From Klebsormidium nitens (lineage: Eukaryota > Plantae > Klebsormidiophyceae): 64,000 bases of DNA. Position numbers and translations under genes: made by a program. Below the pieces are notes generated by a model. It saw only the letters and a list, made by a program, of their open reading frames with translations, made no database searches and was not told the DNA's origin. Shown in pieces: positions 42,801 to 53,216 of the stretch. How positions within the stretch are numbered: the stretch's first letter is position 1; each line of letters opens with the position of its first letter. The stretch covers positions 248,001 to 312,000 of the forward strand of contig DF236962.1 of the NCBI GenBank assembly GCA_000708835.1, given 5' to 3'.

Positions 42801-45365
42801 ATCCCTAGAATCAGAGCTCTGGGCTTTCAAGGTTGAAGAATTGCACGATGTAAGGAAATCAGAGCTCCGGGCCTTTAAGGTTGAAGAATTGCACGATGTA
42901 AGGGAGCCGGAATCTTGCTAGGTTCTCACCTCTAAGAGCAGTCGGCCTTGGCCGTAGTCCTCTTGCAGCGGAAGTTCTAGCTTGTGCAACGTGCCGTCCA
43001 AAACATCCGCCACACGCAGCGCCGCCACGCCCATGCGCCGGTCCGCCGCAACTAGGTTGGCGTCCCAAACGCTGGCGCGCAGAACCTGATCAGCGACTGG
43101 TGCCTGTGCAATGCCGAAAAGAGGACGGTCTTCGAAAGCCGCTTCCAAACGGACCCTTACCGAACTTCTTGCTCTCGTTTGGTGGCGGAGAGACCGTGCT
43201 CCGGAGGAACCTCGCCTTTGTTGAACCAGATAAGCTTCAAGCTGGCTGCTAGTAGTGTTTCGATTTTAGACTAGCGGCTCAAAAGTCCTGAAGAGGCAAA
43301 GCTTATGACGGACTAATCTGGGTATAATAAGAGCCAGGTATAATAAGCTCCAACTAACACTAAAACCCTAACCCAACAATCTACCCGCTCCGCACCCGTA
43401 CCCACCCTAACCCCCAGACTAACCCCACCCGTCCGGGACCCGTCCCAGGCTGGTGAGCTTATTATACCTGGCGCTTATTATTCCTAAATTAGTCCGAGCT
43501 GCAAAGCTTGCCTGAAGTTGGGGTCCGTCACAACAGCATGGGCGTGAGGCAGAAACCGAGGCGCGCAGACACGAGCAATCCTTTTAGAGACACCGCAGGC
43601 ATCATCGAGAGCAATCGAGCGGCTATGAAGTCAGCTCTCGTTCTGATCACTTTGCCCGTCGAGAACGTATCCTTGAGCCACAGATTGCTTAAGGTGCAAA
43701 AAGTATGGCTCGGAATTGAACGGACAGTGTACCACGCTTGAGACGGAACATCGGTTTCAGGGCGGCTAAGGGCTTTCGTGGCGACTAACGAAGCAACGAA
43801 TCACTGGAGCTTGAGCAGTCAGTCGCAAGCCCCACCGTGTGCCAGAAGCGTGGGAATCTGGCCCCGCTTCTGACTAGTACCGGAGCCTGGGGCCCTGACG
43901 CAAGACTGCAAAAGTTCCTTCGATGCGTGAGACACAACCCAAAACGCTCACGCCAAAGAGGGTCTCGTTTAAGCCCCACCTTGACGTACAACGTGAAGGT
44001 TTGGTTCCAGTTTGGGTTAATGGTAACCGGCTTTGTTGAGGTCCTGGCGCGGCAGTCGCCCAAAGTGAGCACCGCATACGGATCGCTCGCGTTCCACATA
44101 TCGAGCGCGGGGCAGTCACGCGCGCCGACCGCCGTGACGCGAAGCTCGCCCTCGTACAGCTGGCGCAGCAGCGACCTGGACAGATTGGGGGTTGGTTAAC
44201 TCTTAACAGCGCGTGGTTAGTGCTTGGGTTAGTCCCTAGTTAGTAAGCGTGTGCCTCAGGCAATTGAGCAGCTCGCCCGCATATGGATGGTGCAGCAGCG
44301 ACCTGGGAAGGGGGGGGCCAAAAGCGTGGCCTTGAACTTTCCCTACCAAAGGAAATTTGACCTACATCATGTGTCTATGTTCTACTCAATTAAGGGCGAC
44401 ACCTCGACAAGCTTGCAAGTATCTTAGAGATAGTTGCAAAGACGTCTATGAGCAGGGGGTGCCAGAGGCTGGGGCCCCTATGAAGCCTTGTACAGCAAAG
44501 TCGACTCACAAGCAACATTAAACCCTGGGGTCTGATGTCCTTATTAAAGAAGCTAGGTCAAGATTGGAGTGGGAGAGTTGTTGAGGAGGCACAAGCACTA
44601 AAGTGTAAATGAACATGACTCCTGCAGTTTCAACGAAGGTGCCAGCATTTGTCCAATCTATATTAAGAGCAACTCAGGCAGACATCTCTCACATTCATCA
44701 ATGCAAAAATCGTATCTAGTGAAAAGGCAGACGACTAAAGTTGCCACACAAGACCTTTCTTGTCTGAAACCTGCAATTCTTGTCCACTCTGGATATGCCA
44801 CATCCATTTGTATGGACAGACATGATTCGACATTCAAGCGACGCAAGATTTCTTTCAAAGCCAGGGCCACGGTTGGGCTCTCGTTTGAAAGCAGAAGACT
44901 GAGCAACCTGCCAAAAGCTAACCTGCCTTGCGGCGAAAGGAACAGTGTGCGGCACCCCACGGCATCCTCAGTGGACACCAGGACCGCTGACTGCGGGGGG
45001 GTGTTGTACGACTCAAAGGAGAAGCCTGCTAAAAGCACCGCCAAGTCCAGGTCAAACGCTGCCCCAGACAACGCCCCGGGGGGCTCATTGCTGGCTTTGA
45101 TGCAAGCCCCCCGTTTCTTCCTGCTACTGCAAGGCCCCCGGAGAAATGCCGCCGCGAGTGCTAAGGAGAGGCGTCGTGGGAATGTGGTGAATCCTGCCCC
45201 CCCATTGTGCAAGCGCACTGATGAGAATCTTGTGTGGCGAGAGCTAGCGTGCAGATGGGGGCGAGGTGGAGCGGGCCACTCGTTTGTCCCCACTTGGGAT
45301 GCAGTTGCAAAAGAGCGTTCGAGTAGGGGGGTGGGGGCTAGGGGACACGCCACCACTGTAAGCAT
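36862..45365 (-). CDS. HIL1: Plastid-type C2-domain + class-3 lipase (HIL1/At4g13550-like), 11 exons, ~816 aa
   Basis: Exons 45365-44923, 44175-43980, 43103-42930, 42320-41835, 41407-41224, 40538-40312, 39481-39300, 38674-38428, 37840-37688, 37334-37209 and 36894-36862 (2451 nt; last exon tentative). Transit-peptide-like N-terminus, FDLDLAVLLAGFSFESY, C2 domain (SDPYAVL...NPNWNQTF, WDANLV), VVAFRGTEQ, VHAGFLRAYDSV, ITGHSLGGALA, YNFGSPRVGNRAFA, DIIPTVPRLLGYCHV and QHMEDFYY. Confidence 0.9.
38776..39010 (-). repeat. Two degenerate copies of the acceptor junction of the GHSLGG-encoding lipase exon
   Basis: The + strand motif gtaaattgtccacgtaccggttgactcatccggcgcttggctgcatgaa (real site ~38635-38682) recurs at ~38951-39010 and ~38776-38850. 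Confidence 0.85.
39101..39240 (-). repeat. Degenerate copy of a lipase exon 3' end and donor, next to TTTTAGGG-type repeats that form a hairpin
   Basis: 39136-39235 mirrors 39296-39380 (tacgacagcgt...gcgatgacg...gactt..a.ag|gtg). 39101-39136 reads tttttagggtaaaaaaccctaaaaagccctaaaaag. Confidence 0.8.
39788..40265 (-). repeat. Three tandem copies (~175-bp period) of the 3' ~115 nt and donor of lipase exon 6
   Basis: Copies of gacttcaccaagct.gc.ttcttggacca.cc...gcaaacgcggggcggaga....gt.gc.tt.c..ggcac.gaacag|gtaa at ~40143-40262, ~39961-40080 and ~39788-39900. Confidence 0.92.
42809..42904. repeat. 48-bp tandem duplication in a lipase intron
   Basis: aatcagagctc(t/c)gggc(t/c)tt(c/t)aaggttgaagaattgcacgatgtaagg occurs twice. 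Confidence 0.9.
43309..43496. mobile_element. MITE-like non-autonomous element (188 bp) with ~41-bp imperfect terminal inverted repeats
   Basis: Left end: cggactaatctgggtataataagagccaggtataataagctc. Reverse complement of the right end: cggactaatttaggaataataagcgccaggtataataagctc. There is no coding capacity and no clear target-site duplication. Confidence 0.75.
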
Positions 45366-47302
45366 CGTGAGAGGGGGATGCTGCCTTAGAAGGTCTTGAG
45401 ATTGTCCCGCTTATTAGGTGAGCTGCCCTGCGCTTGACACGAATTTCCTGCAGCAAAGCAGAGCTAGCAGATTACAATGTAATTTAGCTGGAAGATCAAC
45501 AAGGGCAAAGGCAAGGGAACAACAGCCCCTATCAGCGAGCAGTTCTAAAGCAGGACAGAAGCCCTAAGGTATTTGCATTGAACCACCAGGCGGGGGGACA
45601 ATCAGCGCAAGACGGCATGAAAGAGGGTGCTTAAGGATAAATCCTGCAAGTGGAAAGACTGATGGGGGAATCCATTGTGGCTTAGAATGATGCAATGAAG
45701 CCAGAGGGCAAGGGCAGGAGAACAGCTGAGTTCTCTCTGATGTGAGCTGGAATTGGGCCTCACCTGGGTTGCTCTGCCGGCCCTGCTCAGAAGCTGCCAC
45801 TGATTGCCAGACAGATCAATCTGAGGCCACCAGCGCACAAAGGGCCTCAATGGTACTTAACTGAGCATTCTTGAGAGCAGTCACTGTGTGAATGAGCAGC
45901 AATTCAAGTTGGCAGACAGCTGACAGCATTGCATCCCTGACAGCGATTGGAAGGAATGCAAGCCCTTGGCGGATTCCAAGTCAGCAAGTCACCCGTCTGT
46001 CGATTACACACCACCATGAGTATTCCCTGCAGTGTAAGGGCTCAGAAAGATGGCAGCGCCGGGCAGTATTGAAGGGACTGTGATAGGCGGCATTGCGGAG
46101 CCTTAGAAAAAGTCTTTTCTTGAAGCCCCTCTCTTGGTTTGTTCACCACAATGAGGGCTGCATTGGGCGCATTGCACGAACCTCTTGTCCACCATATCGT
46201 GCCTATCGTGATTCGTGTAGCTCTAGTGATGTACCGGCTTAATTCGCGAAGCTCCGAGTTCATGTTCCTGGACCGGGGGGGTCCACTTCAGCCCCCCAGA
46301 TTGTGAACCGGGGCATGTAAATGCAGATCGCGTCCGACTAACCCTCTGCTTACCCTTATTTAGGTAACACTATCAGCTGTTAGGTTTCGCATCACTTTAA
46401 CCTGGTAGTTGAGCTTCGTTACTTTGGAACAAGGGCGGAAGGGCGAGTTCTGGTATCCGGGGTGATTCGACACTACATGGAAGCCGTCCAAACGAGAAGA
46501 CTTTGATCCAAAGATTGAATCCACAGCAATTGATCAGGCCATACAGCCGTCGATTATCATCTGACGGGTAGGAATCTTGATTGAACTGCAACAGCACTTT
46601 CCTTTGCAAGAGGGCAGTCCCCCTGAGTCCGACTCGCTTGTGAGTCTCCACTCGTGAGTCTTCACTGTTCAGGCTGGAGTCTGGGCTTCGCAACTTCATG
46701 CAGATTGACAAAGACGGTTGCTTAGAAGTGTCCACCTGGGGCGCCCAGACAACGTTGGCAGCTGCGAATAAGCTTAGCTTGCTTAGAAGCGTCGTTCGAA
46801 GCACTTGATTTGGTGGACTCCCTTTGTAATCCAGCACTCTAGGTCGTAGCTACATCAGCAGCGGTCTGATTGCTTGGATTGATATTCCCAAGGTTTGACG
46901 GTTGGGGATATCAAAGCTTAGAAGCACCAGGTCGAGAACGACGCGAAGTGTGCTTCACAACGAGGCTCTCTTCCACCAGCCACATAGCTGCTGCTTCGTC
47001 TTCCTCAAGGGATTAGGTGTGGACCTTACATGACACATGTACTGACCGCTCGGTGGTCCTCATTGGGAGGTGTCACATTGAGTCTGTGAGCTGCCACCAC
47101 TAGAAGCAGCATCAGAGCTTTAGCGGCCCTGCAAATTCCAAGTCAACTGGAAACTTCAAGGCAAAGAAAGGAGCGATCAGTGCACAGGAGCAAACGGAGG
47201 GGGAGACCACTGGGCAGCGATCCGTTTGGTGCATTCTTCCGCTAGATTATCTTGGAGTATGCGCACAAATCGGATAACTTAGCAGCCGGGAGGCGAAGAG
47301 AA

Positions 47303-50300
47303 ATGGGGAGCGTTATCGGTTCCTGTGCAGGTGAGCAGGTGGTGGCATTCTCTTGAACAAAAGTTTGCAGAGGGTCAATACTCGGCAGGAGATGGATTGC
47401 ACACGTTTCCCAGTCAGCTGCACTTATTGTTCAACTTTTGTCGATTGTTCGAGGCCCAAATCAAAGATAGCAAAACCTTGCCCTGAGCAAGTTCCACTCG
47501 ATGCTCCAGCTGGAAACTCTGTTGACGGTATGGAATTGAGGAAGTTTCTGATTATGTGGTCTAGGTTAATCAACGTCTAGGGTAGCACGAGGTCAAGCCT
47601 CTGCTGGTTGCACCTGTCCAGTTGCTCATACATCTCTGCCCGAAAAGGGACCGCTCGCTGAAAATATCTACGCGAAGAATGTATTGGGCCAACGACTTGG
47701 TGGCGTTCACTTTGCAGGGGCCTGTGCTGCGTCCTGTATCTGCCAGGCCTGCGCCGGCGCCAATCGCTCGGCCGCTCGGTTTATCTACGCAGCCATCTTC
47801 TTCATCACTGTCATTCTAGCATGGATCATCAGGGACTACTCGGGCGACTGGCTGAAGACATTACATCGTGAGTCAACATAAGTTGCACCTCTGCTTGTTT
47901 GCCATATGTAGGCCAAGGGAAGAGGGCATATCGTGAGGGTTAATGTCGAACATGATTTGCGGGGCGAACCATCTTACTGTACCAAAGTGCTTCAATCACA
48001 AGACCTCCCAGCGTCAACAGTGTAAGCATCAGTCAGACTTTTGGAGATGTAGTACCTTGTTCTCTCCCAGTTTTGATTATTTGTCCAGTCAATAACCGGT
48101 GCGAGCTTTCTGGGCGAAGGCTGTCATGCCAGGATTTCTTATATCATCGTTAGAACCTCGGTTGCAATACGTCTCCGCCAACTTGCTCTGTAAGTTTCTC
48201 ACCCGTTAGCTGCAAGTGGTATATCAAGTCTAAAGAGTTTCCTTACCATCTGTCTGCCTGCCTTTGCAGAGTTCAAAGCATGTAAAGATGTTGGGATCGG
48301 GAACCCAAACCACTGCGTTGGCTCGGAGGGAGTCCTCCGCCTTAGCTTCAGCGGGTTCATCTTCTTTGCGGTCATGTTCTTGACCACGCTAGGAACGAAA
48401 AGCAAGGAGGATTGCCGGGATAGTTGGCACTCAGGCTTCTGGCCCATCAAAATCATCTTCTGGCTGGGGCTGCTCATAGTACCATTCTTCATGCCGTCGG
48501 GCTTCTTCCAGGTGTATGGTGAGAAAACTTCGGCTTCTTGTATCCAGCTATTCATGTGATCGTTGTACAAGCACTGTGTGTCTTTGACATTTACTTCTGG
48601 TTGATCAGCTGGAAAGGTGTCATCCAAGCTGCGCAGAATTAGAAAGAACCCCGTCATGCCCTCGGGCCGTTTGCATCCCTATGTTGGTCATTGATGCATG
48701 TTGCGAGGTCTTTGAAATCTACTATTCGTGCCCCAGATTGTTAGGCTTGCAAGTTTGGTCCGCTTCGGCTCCAGCTCCTTTGCACACTTGACGACAGTAG
48801 CTCATCGGGCCCTGGAATCAATCGCTTCTAACCATGTATCTCTTCTCTCTCCACAGGAGCAATTGTCCGCCTCGAACTCGAGCCTGTTTTTATTCTTTAG
48901 AGGAGTGCCCGATTGCGGCACTTGGATATCAACGCTTTCGACCATACATTCCCTGTTCCCAGCACGCGTCATCGCCTGCTTCAACTCGAGCCTCGTCAAA
49001 GCACTCTTTGTGAAGAAGAAGGGCAGGGGGCCAGGTGAATTCGGGGGTCGCTTCAAGACCCCACAGAGCCCAAATCAGGACCCCCACAACCCATTGTTGA
49101 CCATACTCTTTCTCTCTCTACAGGCGAGACTGCCCGCTTCGGCTTTGACGGTTTCCACTTTCGATGAGTAACCAACTGATGCCCTCCACGCTACCGACCT
49201 ACCAGCAGCGAGACCGCCCACTGAACTCCTGGCGACAGTATTCAATCTGCCCCTCAAAATTCACTGTTTCAAATTACTATTTTCTCCACTTTCCACAGGC
49301 GAGATCGCGCGCTTCGGCTCCGGCATCTTTCTAGTCATTCAGCTGGTCACCCTGCTCAACTTCGTGTACGAGTGGAACGACGCGTGGCTCGCAGACGACA
49401 ACGAGCGCCGCTGCCGGATCCCGCTCGTCGGAGTTTCCCTCTTCTGCTACCTCCTCAGCCTGGCGCTCATCATTTTGATGTTCGTCTGGTTTTCGCCGCG
49501 CGCGAGCTGCAGCCTCAACATCTTCTTCATCACCTGGACGCTCATCCTGATCCTGGTCATGACGGTCGTGTCTTTGCACCCGCAGGTAATCTACGCTTTC
49601 TCTGCTCTCGCTCGAGCTGGAGAATCTGATGCTGGCTGCCTGCTTTGTCACGTTCAGGTAACTGAATGCTCGCCGTCGTGGATAGTCCATTTGCGTATAC
49701 TGGATTTCTAGTTTGGAGTAGTAGAGCCGTCACTTTGAAGACGTGTCGAAAAATCGAACGGGTGACATTTTGTTTTCATATATCGCTCAGCTGAAAGCTG
49801 CGCTTTGGCACGCCCCTTACCCCTTGGAGAAATTTCGTGCTGCTACCTTTCGAACTAGGCACTAAGACTCCAGCCCATGGAAGAGTTGAAGATCGTCCCG
49901 TACCAGCGGACAGTCCTGCATTTGTCAAACGGCGATGAAAGCGTCAGCTTTGCCCCGTTGCAGGTGAACGCGGGGCTGCTGACGTCAGGTGTGATGGCGC
50001 TATACATGGTGTTCCTGTGCTACAGCGCGATCATGAGGTCAGCAAACGCGGTTGCCTGTCATAAGCAGATTCCAAGGCGGATCCCGGCGCTGCTCTGAGA
50101 ATTTTGTATCAATCTACGGCTGTGCTCGGAGTTATCTCACTGTTTAGCTTCTGCGGCCCGGATTATCAAGCTCGGAATCAGACGTTTTTGTATAGGCATT
50201 GCATATGCAAATCGGCCCTGCTCTGCGCGATGCTCGGGTCGTTCTTTTGCTGTGCCGTTTTCGCATTTGAACTCTCCCACAATCCCGTTGTATCTGCTGG

Positions 50301-52244
50301 AAGCATTTCTGCGGCTCCCTGTGTGTGCCATTAAAACCGCAATCTAATCTCTGTGCCGCCCTTTCAACGCGTCTAGACAAAGGCCTTGTTTCTCTTGCTG
50401 CTGACTGCTCTCTTTCTTCTTGGTCAGTGAGCCGGCGTCGTACTCCTGCAACACGAGGCCCCGGCAAACGGGGAGGTCGGACTGGGTGTCCATCGTGGTA
50501 AGCCCTTCTTGCCGAGTCGGGTTTCAAAAGCTGATCAACATCTGCACAAAGTATGCCACTTTGACGGGCGTTCTGCAAATGCTCGCGCTGAAAAACTGCA
50601 GAAGTTGCTTGCTCTCGCGAACGCACAGCAGAGTGGTTAGCAATCTTTGCAGGGTAATGTGCTGTTTTTGGAGTCAGTCTAGGAGGCGAAGTTTGTTCAT
50701 AGTCAGTTTGATGCGCCACCGCGCGCGCGTGACTTGGTTCGATCATGGCGTCTGAACAAGTGTTCCTTCAAATTGCTCTTTTTATGGACCGCTCAGCGCA
50801 TGGAAAACGACGGAAGGACCACATTGATTCGAACACGGCCTCATACATTTTTCTAAACTTGCAAGGTCTGCTTGAAGATTACGGTTTGTGACCAGATTCA
50901 CATCTCTGGCTGCTCCTCCGCAGAGCTTCTTGCTGGCGTTTATCGCGATCATCATCTCGACATTCACGGCCGGTGGCGACTACCGGGCGTTCCAGTTCAA
51001 GAAGGAAGCCAGCTTGGACGCGGACGAAGTGCCGTACGCGTATGGCTTCTTCCACTTCGTCTTTGCAATGGTGAGGCCGGGATCGGTCGAGTTTATGGGG
51101 GGGGTTCGTTCGTTAAGCGCGGCACTGAACACCAACCTGAGTATGTCTTTTCGCTAAGAGAGGTGCCGTACGCCTATTTCTTCTTCCACTTTGTGTTCGC
51201 CATGGTGAGCGCAGAACCGACTCTTTCCGTATGTTCGAGCGCGGCATAGAAGCTTCTTCCGAAAGGTTCATCATTTCATCTCAGAGTGGGACTGACTGCC
51301 AATCTGAGTGAATCTTGTGAACCGCTTTTATCACAGAACCTTGAAGTTTCTTCCTCTTTACAGGGCGCCATGTACTCGGCGATGCTCTTTTTGGGCTGGA
51401 ACCTTAACACGACGTCAGCGAAGTGGTCCATTGACGTCGGGTGGGCGAGCGTGTGGGTGAAGATTGTGTCCGAGTGGGTGACCTTCGGCCTCTACCGTAA
51501 GTACTTCGCAACCAGCGCTTCGTTCTTACTAGAAGCGTTCAAAACAAGTCCCCTATGCAACATCCTCTGTCCCTCGGTCAGATACTTCTCTTTGCACTGT
51601 GTACCGTGATTTGTTTGTTTTCTTTCCGGACTCAGCTTTGCCACAGCCTCGGGGCCATTGGTAGAATAGCAAGTACTTCTTTGAGCTGAAGCGGACTTCA
51701 GCATTTGCGGTCGACGTTGAACCTGGAGTCAACTTGCTTCGTGGGGGCTCTCCGGCGCTCAAGCTTTGTCGCGGCAGTCTGCGTGTCTATCGGTCTGCTC
51801 TTCTCCAAGAGAGCTGATGCACTTTTTCCAGCTCTGAGCGGTTTGATCCGGCAGTTGTTGTTTCAGACTTTTGGTCGCTTCTTGGCTTCTATGCAAGAGC
51901 ATCTGCAGCTGCCAACTCATGAGAGGTTCTGTCTGTCTTTTCCGCGGGTGCCCAGTTTGTCCGTGAGAAGCCAACCTCGAGGGGATGAACGTTTATCCCC
52001 AAGGCTGAGGGCACTGTGCTGAAACGCGTTACTGCATGCCGATGCACTTGGTCGCGAAGCTGCTCGGACCTTGAACACCAGCGACGTGGCAGTCCTGCCA
52101 GCTTGTGACCCCACATGGTGCACAATTTGTTGCACCTTATGCGCCTCACAAACCTTGGCAAAGACCTGACTCTGCTTTCTTGTTGTCCCTGCAGTTTGGA
52201 CGATGCTTGCGCCCCTCTTCCTCAAAGATAGATCGTTCTACTAA
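47303..52244 (+). CDS. SERINC: Serine incorporator (SERINC/TMS1 family) multipass membrane protein, 9 exons, 395 aa
   Basis: Exons 47303-47330, 47718-47867, 48270-48518, 49299-49585, 49964-50037, 50428-50497, 50924-51070, 51364-51496 and 52195-52244 (1188 nt). Motifs: ARFIYAAIF, RDSWHSGFWPIK, ARFGSGIFLVIQLVTLLNFVYEWNDAW, GLLTSGVMALY, VPYAYGFFHFVFAMGAMYSAML, WASVWVKIVSEW and LWTMLAPLFLKDRSF. Confidence 0.95.
51158..51210 (+). repeat. Copy of the SERINC exon-7 3' end and donor
   Basis: gag|gtgccgtacgcctatttcttcttccactttgtgttcgccatg|gtgagc, compared with the real gaagtgccgtacgcgtatggcttcttccacttcgtctttgcaatg|gtgagg. Confidence 0.9.
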
Positions 52245-53216
52245 TTGTGACCTTGCTCCGGTCAGCGTACACCCGTCAACTACTGAGGGGCTATCTTGTA
52301 GCATGGAATGTCAGAGCATCTGTGAGGGGCTAGTCCTGTAGCGGAAGGTCAGAGCATCTGACTCTGTTGTTATGCATCAATCAGCGGACGCGATGCCACG
52401 TTAGATTCTGACGTGAGGAGCTTGATTAGATAAGACAACATTAACACCGTGGGGTTAGGACATTGATACAGAACCTTGCGCGCTGGCCGGCGATGCCGAC
52501 AAAGGCATCCTAACTTTCATAGTTGAGAAAGTGAGAATTGAGCCTAAACGTGATATGCGGCCACAGCTTGCATGATACGATCGACGGATGTGGGGATGTG
52601 GGAGAAGATTCAGTCCGCTAATTATCCTCGCTGGAGATGTCTGTCAAGAGATGGCCGAAGTTGTGCATGAGAATGAGAGCACGCATTATACTCTGGATCG
52701 TGACGCCGCAGCTCGGCGCAGCTGGAATCACAGCATATGCATATCCATGCATTCGATCTCTCTAGTTCTGGACGGTCGACCCTACATGATTAGCCTCCGA
52801 CACGACAATAGCTATACTCAGTCCGAGACCATGACGACTCCAACACTGATACGTGCGCGCCCATCATTCCGAAGCTATGGGCCCAAAATGCCTCCGGATA
52901 CTAACTCAAAATTCGCACTAAGCGAGCGGTTCTTTCTACGACCATCTTGCCCACGAAGTATGAAAGTTCGTTGCCCGGCTACATTTGGCAAACTGGGTGC
53001 AATTGCTCTGCCAAACCTCTGTTCCTATCGACCTGCATGTTTTCTTGCATTCGTGCCCGCGCGTTACAAGAGGCGCATGCAGCGAGATCCTACTTTTCCT
53101 ACCTCTCAAACCCCATTTCATCAACGCGATCGACCCATAAAAGTTGATCTATCGTTTCTCCGGGCCTCGTCACACAGGGATCCCCCCTCGCCGTTCAAAA
53201 TCCCCCGGCTGCAGTT

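Noticed and set aside
46880-46913. 12-bp hairpin (tgatattcccaa...ttggggatatca) and nearby G/C runs at ~46270-46300
   Set aside because: Too short and isolated to support an ncRNA or transposon end.
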